Virus record (IMG/VR): IMGVR_UViG_3300035659_001663
Coordinates: 1-64,000 of that record
Strand: one strand, 5' to 3'
Length of the DNA stretch: 64,000 nucleotides
From: a virus
Part shown: positions 1 through 8,823 of the stretch, piece after piece
Position numbering within the stretch: position 1 is the stretch's first letter
Layout: every line of letters starts with the position of its first letter
Made by a program: the position numbers and the translations under genes
The notes under the pieces: generated by a model
Seen by the model: only the letters and a program-made list of their open reading frames with translations
Told to the model about the DNA's origin: nothing
The model's database searches: none

Positions 1-678
1 TCTTTTGTCTATCTTGTGACATACATTTTCACTTAAATTACTTTCATCATAAGTGATGTATACATATGAAAGATCTATACTTAGTTGTACTGGTATTCTC
101 TTGTCGTCCATTAAGTTTTGTATCTTATAGAGATCTTCTTTGTAGTTCTTTCTGAGTTTTGGAAGTCTAATCTCTATCTCTGTTTGTCTATTAGGATAAA
201 ACATAATCAAGTTATTCTCGATCACATCAAATACATATTTCCTGTTACCATCTCTGCGTGTCTCTCCTATAGATACTAAAGGCTCTAGTCGCTTTAATTT
301 GAAATCTCTTCTCTTTATTTTCTTCAAAGTTCTTTCGATAAATAACTTCTTACCACCAAATATAACAGAATGAGGCATTCTCTTTTTATTACTTGGATTT
401 TCTTTATTGAAGTCTACTACTTGTTTTACATTTTCTCTAAAAGCTCTATATTTAGCATTAGCAGTATAGATGGCTGATTGTTTGAACCAACTATCTATAT
501 TATCAATATTGTTCATGCTATTTACTATAGCTGTTAGTTCTTTTTGCTGTAGACTATTGTCGCTATCTTTTATTTTGTTGAACACATGATGCATGCAGCT
601 ATTTTGCTGCTTCATGAGTTTCAGAATAATCTCTTTGTTACTTTTCGAAGAAGTGTAAGGAAGTTTTATTGTTATCAT
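1..678 (-). CDS. tnpB: TnpB-like (IS200/IS605/IS607 OrfB family) RNA-guided nuclease, N-terminal part; runs off the left edge
   Basis: Not in the ORF track. Manual translation from ATG at 678 is open to position 1: MITIKLPYTS...SWFKQSA...VIFGGKKLFIER...KRLEPLVSIGETRRDGNRKY...SIDLSYVYITYDE. These motifs are typical of phage-borne TnpB N-terminal halves; the RuvC motifs would lie outside the window. Confidence 0.7.
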   Translation of the reverse strand, partial: MITIKLPYTSSKSNKEIILKLMKQQNSCMHHVFNKIKDSDNSLQQKELTAIVNSMNNIDNIDSWFKQSAIYTANAKYRAFRENVKQVVDFNKENPSNKKRMPHSVIFGGKKLFIERTLKKIKRRDFKLKRLEPLVSIGETRRDGNRKYVFDVIENNLIMFYPNRQTEIEIRLPKLRKNYKEDLYKIQNLMDDKRIPVQLSIDLSYVYITYDESNLSENVCHKIDKR

Positions 679-853
679 TGTTTATACTATGCAAATTTCA
701 TCATCGACTTAACTATTAGCCATGAAAATTACAAAGCAGATGTATTGTCTTTTAATCACGCCATGTCTTTGGCATATTCAGCAAATCATACATACACGTC
801 AATTACACTATCGATCCAGTAACTTGAATCTTACGGCCGGCAACATCTCACTT

Positions 854-1123
854 TCAGTAAGCCTCAGCAAATTTACTGTCAAAAAGTATTTTTATAGTAT
901 TCAATATGTCATTCTCATCCTCTCCATTTACAATTATTTGAATTTCAGCACCTTTAGGTGCCATTAATGACATTAACGACAATACACTTCTTGCATCTGC
1001 ATGTCTATCATTACAAACAAATTCTATAGAACTCTTAAATGGTATCAATCTTTCAACAATTAAAGCAGATGGTCTAGCATGAAGACCATATTCATTTTTT
1101 ACTTTTAATATTGCTGTTTGCAT
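854..1123 (-). CDS. ptsH: HPr phosphocarrier protein of the PTS
   Basis: GLHARP (His15) and DARSVLSLMSL (Ser46) motifs; 89 aa from MQTAILK. Confidence 0.92.
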   Translation of the reverse strand: MQTAILKVKNEYGLHARPSALIVERLIPFKSSIEFVCNDRHADARSVLSLMSLMAPKGAEIQIIVNGEDENDILNTIKILFDSKFAEAY

Positions 1124-1388
1124 ATTGTAATAGTTCTTGATCTGGTGAATATTCATTACAGTCGTCTACATTTTTGTATCTACAATGTGCATTTTTACAT
1201 GCCTTACACAATGAAATCTGCCATGCCTGTGCATAATTTTTTGCATTTTTATGCACCCAAAATAATACATGTTGTTGTCCTGGATCAGCGTTTATACGCT
1301 CACCCTCAAGCCATTTTGATACTTCAATAGCTTTTGTTTGCGCATCAATAAAGACTTTGTAATGTATATCATTGCGTACTTCAAACAT
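1092..1388 (-). CDS. Small protein, DUF4032-like, with Cys-rich tail
   Basis: IEVSKWLEGERINADPGQQHVLFWV resembles the KW-x-x-E...D-x-G...W pattern of DUF4032-type proteins; CxxCxxxxC tail. Confidence 0.5.
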   Translation of the reverse strand: MFEVRNDIHYKVFIDAQTKAIEVSKWLEGERINADPGQQHVLFWVHKNAKNYAQAWQISLCKACKNAHCRYKNVDDCNEYSPDQELLQYANSNIKSKK

Positions 1389-1422
1389 ACAAACCTCGCT
1401 TGTGGTATGTAGTCTGTAAATA

Positions 1423-2073
1423 CTATTGAAAATGTTTAATTGTAATTAAGAAGTTGCTTTTTGCGCTTTTAAGCGTGTCAAAACGTGCAACTTCTCTAGA
1501 TTCAGGCGTAAATAATGAATAGAAGCAGACTAAACCACCACTTTCATTACATGTGGTCTGTCGTTCTATATACCAAGATATGTCATAAGCGTAATATCTA
1601 CATTTACCATTTGCATTTATTGGTCGACGCCAACGTACTATTTCTGGTAGTAATGGCACATGTTTAACATCAATTGTTGATTTAGTTATAGGTGCTGTTA
1701 TTGGTATTTCAGACACTTTCATTAGTTTCAATATATCATCAATAGTGCTACAATTGTCAATATCTTTAACTAAAGTTATCACATCATCTGTTGATATAGC
1801 TTTTTGATCAGTCACGACTTGCTCAGGTTGTTTGTATTGTTCTTGACACATCTCTAAAATATGCGATGCAAATTTTATCTCTTCATCATTGTCAGACGTC
1901 GTAATTACATGATTTAGAAAATCTGTCCATTTTTTTACATTCAATACATTGATGACATTGTTCGGCAACTGCATCTCAACACTACCAAGTAACAAAGGAG
2001 GCTGTATAACGTTGATGATGCCTTGCTTTATGGCATCCTGTAGCAGTTCATTTGCGTTGTTGTATAGGGACAT
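1423..2073 (-). CDS. Hypothetical protein
   Basis: 216-aa ORF with upstream GAGG SD-like sequence; C-terminal FDTLKSAK motif common in small phage proteins. Confidence 0.6.
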   Translation of the reverse strand: MSLYNNANELLQDAIKQGIINVIQPPLLLGSVEMQLPNNVINVLNVKKWTDFLNHVITTSDNDEEIKFASHILEMCQEQYKQPEQVVTDQKAISTDDVITLVKDIDNCSTIDDILKLMKVSEIPITAPITKSTIDVKHVPLLPEIVRWRRPINANGKCRYYAYDISWYIERQTTCNESGGLVCFYSLFTPESREVARFDTLKSAKSNFLITIKHFQ

Positions 2074-2153
2074 CTTGACCTCTATTATAGTGTCATGATA
2101 AGGCCAGTATTTACTTTATAGCATTCTTCGAAATTCATATTGATTATTGAATC

Positions 2154-2825
2154 ATGACAAACATTGTTGACATTGATAACTCAATCATCATCAGTAACGT
2201 TGAAGATTTGAAACAATATTATAGCACAGTTTGCGACGCTATCAAGAGTCGTATGACTGAATTTCAACTACTTAAAACTAATGCAATGCCAATACAATTG
2301 TTCAGGGAACTGGTATTCTGTATTTTGACAGCAAATGCTAGTGCTAAAATGGGATTGAAAGCTATTCAAGCTATCGATGATCATACGTTACTTTTTGGTA
2401 GTGAAAAAGATATCACTACTAAATTGACAGGAGTATATCGATTTCCAGTATCAAGGGCAAACTACATCGTAAGGACACGACAATTCTTAAACGATCATTG
2501 CAATCTTGATATTCATAAGATTTTCAACGAATTCAAAGATCCATCTGCTTTACGATTTTTCCTCGCCAGTAATCTAATAGGCATCGGCTACAAAGAATGT
2601 AGTCATTTCCTCAGAAATGTTGGTTTCAAAGGATATGCAATTCTCGATAAGCATGTTATATCTATGCTTAACTTACTTGGTTGTGATGTGCAAAAGCCAA
2701 GAAAAAAAGCTGAATACGTCACAACTGAGATTAAGATGAAAGAATTTGCAGTCAAACATTCGTTGGACTTTGATGAGCTTGATCTATTATTTTGGTCGTA
2801 CAAGACCGGAGAGATTATTAAATGA
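2154..2825 (+). CDS. ogg: 8-oxoguanine DNA glycosylase/AP lyase (Ogg2, archaeal/Thermotoga type)
   Basis: ELVFCILTAN, HhH motif GIGYKECSHFLRNVG with catalytic Lys, ILDKH (catalytic Asp), C-terminal TGEIIK ending in the 8-oxoG-recognition Lys. Confidence 0.9.
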   Translation: MTNIVDIDNSIIISNVEDLKQYYSTVCDAIKSRMTEFQLLKTNAMPIQLFRELVFCILTANASAKMGLKAIQAIDDHTLLFGSEKDITTKLTGVYRFPVSRANYIVRTRQFLNDHCNLDIHKIFNEFKDPSALRFFLASNLIGIGYKECSHFLRNVGFKGYAILDKHVISMLNLLGCDVQKPRKKAEYVTTEIKMKEFAVKHSLDFDELDLLFWSYKTGEIIK

Positions 2826-3658
2826 CTGACTTCACTGATCTTCAAAGAGTTGTTTCATGGAAGTCAAATAAAGCAATGGTAATCGGTCGCGATCATTCAT
2901 TGTTTAGAGTAAATCGACAAGATTTTTGTGATACTCTTGATGATGAAGGTGATCTTTATGGTATAGTCTGTGATGGTTGTGGTAGTGGCGCTTATACAGA
3001 AGTCGGCGCTAGTTTAATTGGTAATTTAGTTCTGAGACTATTGCCGACATTGAACTTACAACAGTTTAATTCACCATTTGCTATACAATATACTAATGAT
3101 CCTGAACTTCAACGAATGACAGATATTTCGAAAAGTCAAATAAGTCGATTTATTGAGTCTCAAGTGACGACAACAGTATATGCATTTATAGAGAGATTGA
3201 CTAGGAATTTGCAACTATATACGTTTATTCAAAATAAAGACAAAATTGTAGAAAAAATGCAATTCATAAATGACTATCTATTGACAACTATAATCTTCAG
3301 CATTGTATTACGAGACTATGTTGTCATTGGTCATTGTGGTGACGGTGTAGTAATTGTTGATGATGACGTAACTGTCATTGATCAAGGTGGTAGTCCACAT
3401 TATTTGATGTACAATAATGTTCCAAAAGAAGCATTGCAATCAACGCCGTCACAACTGCAAGGACTAAAAATCGATATTTATGATACAAAGAAAATAAGCA
3501 AAATAGCAATAGGCACTGACGGACTTACACCATTGGTTGATAATAAAACTACGAATGAATTGTTTGGGGTGTCTCGACTGCAGCGAAAATTTAATATGTG
3601 GTCAAATCAAAAAGTATTTTTTGATGATGCTGCATGCGTTATTTTTGAAAAGGTTTAA
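2822..3658 (+). CDS. PP2C-family protein phosphatase (TerY-P triad type)
   Basis: GRDH..NRQD, VCDGCGSG, GHCGDG, GTDGL and DDAACV metal-binding motifs. Confidence 0.85.
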   Translation: MTDFTDLQRVVSWKSNKAMVIGRDHSLFRVNRQDFCDTLDDEGDLYGIVCDGCGSGAYTEVGASLIGNLVLRLLPTLNLQQFNSPFAIQYTNDPELQRMTDISKSQISRFIESQVTTTVYAFIERLTRNLQLYTFIQNKDKIVEKMQFINDYLLTTIIFSIVLRDYVVIGHCGDGVVIVDDDVTVIDQGGSPHYLMYNNVPKEALQSTPSQLQGLKIDIYDTKKISKIAIGTDGLTPLVDNKTTNELFGVSRLQRKFNMWSNQKVFFDDAACVIFEKV

Positions 3659-3660
3659 AC

Positions 3661-5520
3661 ATGAAGATAGTCTATAAAGGCCAAATAATTGAATTGGACA
3701 CTAAACACTCGTTGGGTAGCGGTGGTGAAGCCAATGTCATCAAACATAAGAATGTTGCATTCAAGATTTATCATAGTCCTTCATTAGAACGCGCTCATAA
3801 GTTACAAGATTTTTTACAGCAATCCTTTAAACTGTCACAATTTGTCTTGGCACCAATTGATGTGACGCTTGATACAAAAGGTAATATCAATGGTTTTGCG
3901 ATGGAAATAGCACCGAAAGCCACAACGTTCATTGACTTGTCAAATTTAATGTACCGTAAGAAACATCAAATCAATACTAATAACATAGTTGAGACATTTT
4001 TCAATTCAAAAACGACACTTGATAATATTCATGATGCTAACATTGTCGTTGGTGACTTAAATGATGTCAATAAGTTATTTACTGATGATTGGAAAGTCTA
4101 CTATATTGATGTCGATTCATTTCAATTTGGATCGCATCCTTGTTTTGTAGGTACTGACACTTTCATCGATCCAAAGCTATATGGTATAGATTTAACTAAG
4201 AAACCATCATTTACAAAAGAGACAGATTATTATGCATTTGCTGTAATGTTGTTTAAGTCTTTGTTATTCGTACATCCTTATGGCGGTATGCATAATCAAT
4301 ATAAGACTATGATACGGAGAGCAGAGAGGGCTGTATGGGCGCTTGACAAGACTGTAATATATCCAAAAATTGGATTACATCCTGAGACGCTTAGTGATGA
4401 TCTGTTGAATTATTTTGCAAATACATTTGTGAAACGACAGCGACAAGAATTTTCAACTCAAGTATTACAGGGATTGATTGGGTCATTCATTGAATGTAAA
4501 TCATGTGGCACATTTTATTCTAATACTAGATCAAAATGTCCACAGTGTCAAAAGACTGCACCGCAACGATCTGTAGACTTAACTAATATAATAGTACAAA
4601 AACAGGTAGACAAAGAAAGATGTGACGTGACATTAATATACCAGACGTCAGGTATAATCTTATTCATTAAAGTCGTAGGCAATAAGATCGTCATTGTAAG
4701 TTTTGAGAATGGTAATACAGTACTTGCAGTAATAACTGAAAATTACAAACAATCTTTTGTCTTGTGGGCTGGTTTTGAGAAACAATTTAAGTACGAATAT
4801 TTCGAACCAGCTTATCTCGTTATTAGTCAAGACGATAGTTTGCTAGTGTTTGATACTAGTATTGACAAACTTAGAACAGTAGCAAAATTTACTACATTGA
4901 GTTATAAGAATGAACCAGTATTTTCTTGCAGTCAAAACTACATATATCGATTAACTACTAATACAATTATGAGAGGCAAGTTCGTTGGTGTTCAATTTGT
5001 TGAAGAAGAAGTTACTACGGCTATGGAAAATCAAACGTGGTTACACACAGGCCAAAATGATTTCGGCCTTGGCATGTTTCAAATATTTAGTCAATCACAA
5101 TTCTTTGTGTTTTCTAAAGCAGGCCGATATGAAATAGAGATGGATCAACTTAAAGGTCAAGTGATTGACATGGACGTTTGCATATCTGTCAACAATTTGA
5201 TACTGTTGAGAAAGACGATAGATAATGGTCGGACGTATTCTCATTGGCATATTATTGATGACAAAGGTAAAGTGTTAGAAACAAAGACAGAAGAGTCATT
5301 GAATTCTGAGTTACTGAAAAACATTCATGGCAAACAGTTGGCAGGTTCAAGCATAGTTCATGCAACAGATGCAGGAATAGTAATTGAGAAACATGGTCAG
5401 TTAATATTGAAACAGTCAACAGCTGAGTTTGTTGATAGTGATCAAAGTCTATGGTTCTACAAACAAGGTTTATTGACAGTGTCAGTGAATAGAATAAACT
5501 ATTTGGTTCTTCAATCATGA
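3661..5520 (+). CDS. Ser/Thr protein kinase (YegI/TerY-P type) with Zn ribbon and beta-rich C-terminus
   Basis: LGSGGEANV Gly loop, FKIY, VVGDLNDVN catalytic loop, IDVDSFQ, TDYYAFAV; CxxC...CxxC after the kinase domain. Confidence 0.85.
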   Translation: MKIVYKGQIIELDTKHSLGSGGEANVIKHKNVAFKIYHSPSLERAHKLQDFLQQSFKLSQFVLAPIDVTLDTKGNINGFAMEIAPKATTFIDLSNLMYRKKHQINTNNIVETFFNSKTTLDNIHDANIVVGDLNDVNKLFTDDWKVYYIDVDSFQFGSHPCFVGTDTFIDPKLYGIDLTKKPSFTKETDYYAFAVMLFKSLLFVHPYGGMHNQYKTMIRRAERAVWALDKTVIYPKIGLHPETLSDDLLNYFANTFVKRQRQEFSTQVLQGLIGSFIECKSCGTFYSNTRSKCPQCQKTAPQRSVDLTNIIVQKQVDKERCDVTLIYQTSGIILFIKVVGNKIVIVSFENGNTVLAVITENYKQSFVLWAGFEKQFKYEYFEPAYLVISQDDSLLVFDTSIDKLRTVAKFTTLSYKNEPVFSCSQNYIYRLTTNTIMRGKFVGVQFVEEEVTTAMENQTWLHTGQNDFGLGMFQIFSQSQFFVFSKAGRYEIEMDQLKGQVIDMDVCISVNNLILLRKTIDNGRTYSHWHIIDDKGKVLETKTEESLNSELLKNIHGKQLAGSSIVHATDAGIVIEKHGQLILKQSTAEFVDSDQSLWFYKQGLLTVSVNRINYLVLQS

Positions 5521-6242
5521 TACGTCTTGCAACTTATTCACTTGATAGAATATTACCATTCATAGGCTGTCAAGACAGATTCAATTTAGATGGTGACTTT
5601 GTTAATGTGACATCTTTACGATTGAGATGTTTTAAGATGAAAGGTTTGACATGTGTACGATGTGGATTAGTTGGAGAATTTTTTGCTAAAGAAAAAAGTG
5701 CAGTGTATGATAAGACTTGTCATTTGAATCTATATGCTATTGGTAATGGAACTGAAGTTCTCATGACGCGTGATCACATTGTGCCTCGTTGTGAAGGTGG
5801 AAAAGACAACATGTCTAATTCACAAACAATGTGTATGCCATGTAATTCTAAAAAAGGTTGCGGTAAAAATAGAGCAGTCAAGAATTACATGACAGGCATA
5901 GAACGTATTGATACAATTTTAGGTAATCTTTTTAATATTGTAGAACAAACTGGCAAGTTGCACATATCTGATCTTACTCAACTTTCAAATCATGTACGGT
6001 CATCAATGGTTGATAGTATTGTTCCAAAAGCATTGAAATCTGTTGCAGTTGGATGTCAACCATCTGATTTTGATGGTTACAATCAGCAAGTGTTTAAGAT
6101 TGCACCGAATGTAACGATAGCTCATGGTATTGAAGATGTTACACAAGATTGTCATAAGTTTTATATTTTGAATGTAAGAACTGGAGAACGACTGAATATT
6201 ACTTTAAACAGTCCTAAACAATCAACCCAGGAGGTTTCATGA
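5517..6242 (+). CDS. HNH endonuclease
   Basis: CVRCG...TRDHIVPRCEGGKDNMSNSQTMCMPCNSKKG. Confidence 0.82.
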   Translation: MIRLATYSLDRILPFIGCQDRFNLDGDFVNVTSLRLRCFKMKGLTCVRCGLVGEFFAKEKSAVYDKTCHLNLYAIGNGTEVLMTRDHIVPRCEGGKDNMSNSQTMCMPCNSKKGCGKNRAVKNYMTGIERIDTILGNLFNIVEQTGKLHISDLTQLSNHVRSSMVDSIVPKALKSVAVGCQPSDFDGYNQQVFKIAPNVTIAHGIEDVTQDCHKFYILNVRTGERLNITLNSPKQSTQEVS

Positions 6243-7198
6243 GACCGTCGTTTTATGATCCAAGTAAGGTCGGTACATTGTTTCTGCCACGAATCAATGA
6301 TGTTGAGAAAGAAGCTGATGCTTTGAAGTTGCCTGCATCAGCAAGTGACAAGCCGGGCAATAGGGTTGCACTATTGATCATTGACATGCAGATTGATTTC
6401 TGCCATCAGGCAGGACAATTGTATGTGCCTGGAGCTGAAGATGATATTCGCAATACAGCGAATTTCATTCTTGATAATGTGGACAAGTTGACGGCAATTT
6501 TTGCATCGCTCGACTCTCACTTACTATTCCAGATCTTCTTTCGGTCGTGGTGGCAGTTACAAAATGGACAGAAACCGGATTTCTTCACTGAAATCTACAA
6601 AGATGAACCTGCTCAACGTCATGCACTTACAAAGTGCATCAATATGGGTGAGATTCGGCCGGGCATCGATCCGATAGCAAGTATTGATTATACTGAGAAG
6701 TTGATGCAGCAGTCGAACAAACCGCTTTGTATCTGGACGTACCATACATTACTAGGATTTCCTGGTCAGGCACTCGACCCAGCGCTTGCTGAAGTCTTAG
6801 CATTTCATGCGTTTGCCAGGAAGTCGCAGTTGAACTTCTTGCAGAAGGGTCAAATTCCCCAGACTGAAATGTACGGTATTCTTAGCCCGGAAGTCAAGAT
6901 ACCGACGCACAAGCAGGGAGGGTTCAACACTGACTTCTTGAATATCCTTGCAAAATATGACAAATTAATTGTCGCGGGTGAAGCTGCCAGCCATTGCGTT
7001 TTGGCAACATTGCTCCAAATGCATGGATTCTTCATGAACAATGATAAGTCAGTGCTTAAGAAGATCGTCATTTTTGAAGATTGCATGAGTCCGGTTAAAC
7101 ATCCGACAATTGACTTCAAAAGTATCACGGAAAAACAGTTTGACAAATTCCGGTCGGATGGAATTAACATTGTGAAAAGTACTGATTACAAATTCTAA
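6239..7198 (+). CDS. Nicotinamidase/isochorismatase-family cysteine hydrolase (PncA-like)
   Basis: IIDMQIDF (Asp), LYVPGA, SLDSH (metal), QKG (Lys), GEAASHCV (Cys): intact Asp-Lys-Cys triad; GGAGG SD. Confidence 0.8.
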   Translation: MRPSFYDPSKVGTLFLPRINDVEKEADALKLPASASDKPGNRVALLIIDMQIDFCHQAGQLYVPGAEDDIRNTANFILDNVDKLTAIFASLDSHLLFQIFFRSWWQLQNGQKPDFFTEIYKDEPAQRHALTKCINMGEIRPGIDPIASIDYTEKLMQQSNKPLCIWTYHTLLGFPGQALDPALAEVLAFHAFARKSQLNFLQKGQIPQTEMYGILSPEVKIPTHKQGGFNTDFLNILAKYDKLIVAGEAASHCVLATLLQMHGFFMNNDKSVLKKIVIFEDCMSPVKHPTIDFKSITEKQFDKFRSDGINIVKSTDYKF

Positions 7199-7228
7199 CG
7201 ATAACGCTAAAAAAGGAGAGAAAAAGTT

Positions 7229-8023
7229 ATGAGTTCTAAAAATCCTGTCAGTGTCAATAGTATCAAAAGCTTGTTTACTGGTGCAGTCCAGAACAATGAA
7301 GTAAGTCAAGCTGCAGCTACTATTATGGTCAATAGCCTCAATGATACGAACATTTTGGGCTGTACCGGCGCGTCATTCGATGAATTAGAAACAGATAGTG
7401 TTACTTTGACATCAATTGTGATCGATGCTTCGTACTCAATGAAGAACAATGAACAGACAGTTCGTGACGCTTATGACGAACTGGTGATAAAGGCAATGGC
7501 TGAGTCAAAGCAAAGCGGATCGATGCTGGTAAGTGCAAGAGTATTTTCGACTGATCAGACAATTCTCTATGGTTTCAAGAAAGTTGCAGACATTGGTAAG
7601 ATTGGTAGCCAATATCGTGCAGAAGGTGGTTCAACTCGAATTTTCGATACAGTTGTTGATGCAATTACTGGTATCAGAGCTTATGCAAAGACATTGAATG
7701 ATGGCGGCGTCCAGACAAAATGTATCATAGTTGTAATGTCTGACGGTCAGGACAATGATTCACAGAAGTTCACTGCAGCAGATGCTAAGAAACTTGCTGA
7801 AGACTGTATCGCTTCTGAAATGTTCTATCTAGCATATGTGGGATTCAAGAACGATCCTTCAGATAATCTTGATGCTGTCGCAGCGATGATCGGTTTTCCA
7901 AGTGTGCTTACAACTGGTAATACACCGAGTGAGATTCGAAAAGCAATAGGGTTAGTCAGTCAGTCGGTAATTAGAAAGAGTCAAACGCAAATCGGCCCAG
8001 CAAACACGTTTTTCCAACAATAG
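7229..8023 (+). CDS. vWA-domain protein (TerY-like)
   Basis: MIDAS IDASYSM, GGSTRIFD, VVMSDGQDN. Confidence 0.85.
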   Translation: MSSKNPVSVNSIKSLFTGAVQNNEVSQAAATIMVNSLNDTNILGCTGASFDELETDSVTLTSIVIDASYSMKNNEQTVRDAYDELVIKAMAESKQSGSMLVSARVFSTDQTILYGFKKVADIGKIGSQYRAEGGSTRIFDTVVDAITGIRAYAKTLNDGGVQTKCIIVVMSDGQDNDSQKFTAADAKKLAEDCIASEMFYLAYVGFKNDPSDNLDAVAAMIGFPSVLTTGNTPSEIRKAIGLVSQSVIRKSQTQIGPANTFFQQ

Positions 8024-8028
8024 TATGT

Positions 8029-8059
8029 CGATAGCCGGTGTGTTTAACATCGGCTATCG
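8029..8059 (+). promoter_or_regulatory. Intergenic stem-loop without U-tract (mRNA stability/processing or weak terminator)
   Basis: CGATAGCCGGTG ... CATCGGCTATCG, 12-bp stem with one G-U pair. Confidence 0.55.
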
Positions 8060-8080
8060 TTATGTATGTAGGAGGATCTA

Positions 8081-8614
8081 ATGATACATTACATTAGCGG
8101 CGATGCAACTGATCCTGTCCAAGACAAAGCATTGATTTGTCATGTAGCAAATGATGTGGGTGCATGGGGGTCTGGTTTTGTGCTTGCTCTTTCAAAGAAG
8201 TGGATTAGTCCTGAAAAGGCATATCGCGATTGGAGAAATGGGCGAATAGATAGAGTTACACAAGTCAATATTGACAAATCATTTATATTGGGTAATGTAC
8301 AGTTCGTGCCAGTGTGCTTGCTGCAAGGTAAAGAGATTTGGGTTGCAAACATGATTGCGCAAAAGCGTTGTGGGAATCCGAAATCGACGACTGAGATCTT
8401 TTTACAATACGATCAATTGAACATCGCACTTATCAAGTCGTTTAAGTTTGCAGAAGAGAAAAAATTGTCGCTTCACATGCCTCGCATTGGTTGCGATAGA
8501 GCCGGCGGTCAATGGAGCAAAGTCAAACCATTAATTGAAACACATTCACAAGATACTGGGATTGATGTGTATGTATATGATTTGCCAGGCGTGCCAAAGA
8601 CATGGAATGACTGA
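8081..8614 (+). CDS. Macro-domain protein (ADP-ribose processing, Poa1p/DarG-like clade)
   Basis: YISGDATDP, CHVANDVGAWGSGF, ANMIAQ, MPRIGCDRAGGQW. Confidence 0.9.
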   Translation: MIHYISGDATDPVQDKALICHVANDVGAWGSGFVLALSKKWISPEKAYRDWRNGRIDRVTQVNIDKSFILGNVQFVPVCLLQGKEIWVANMIAQKRCGNPKSTTEIFLQYDQLNIALIKSFKFAEEKKLSLHMPRIGCDRAGGQWSKVKPLIETHSQDTGIDVYVYDLPGVPKTWND

Positions 8615-8823
8615 TGATTGTCTTGACTTTAATTAATGGTATAGTCGCAAAGTTTCGATTCAAAGAGAAAGATCTGTTTTTCTATTGGTTAATGTATGAT
8701 ATGTCAGGCGAGTATAAATACATTCATAATGATAGACATGTTAAGATAAATACTGACGATGGACAGTTAGTGATCACAGCATCAATGATCAAGAAATGTG
8801 AGCTTATTAATGAATCTTACTAG
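8614..8823 (+). CDS. Hypothetical protein
   Basis: Start overlaps the Macro gene stop (TGATG), suggesting translational coupling. Confidence 0.55.
   Translation: MIVLTLINGIVAKFRFKEKDLFFYWLMYDMSGEYKYIHNDRHVKINTDDGQLVITASMIKKCELINESY

Noticed and set aside
586-967. Plus-strand ORFs 586-822 and 722-967
   Set aside because: They overlap TnpB-like and HPr genes on the opposite strand and have no recognisable features.
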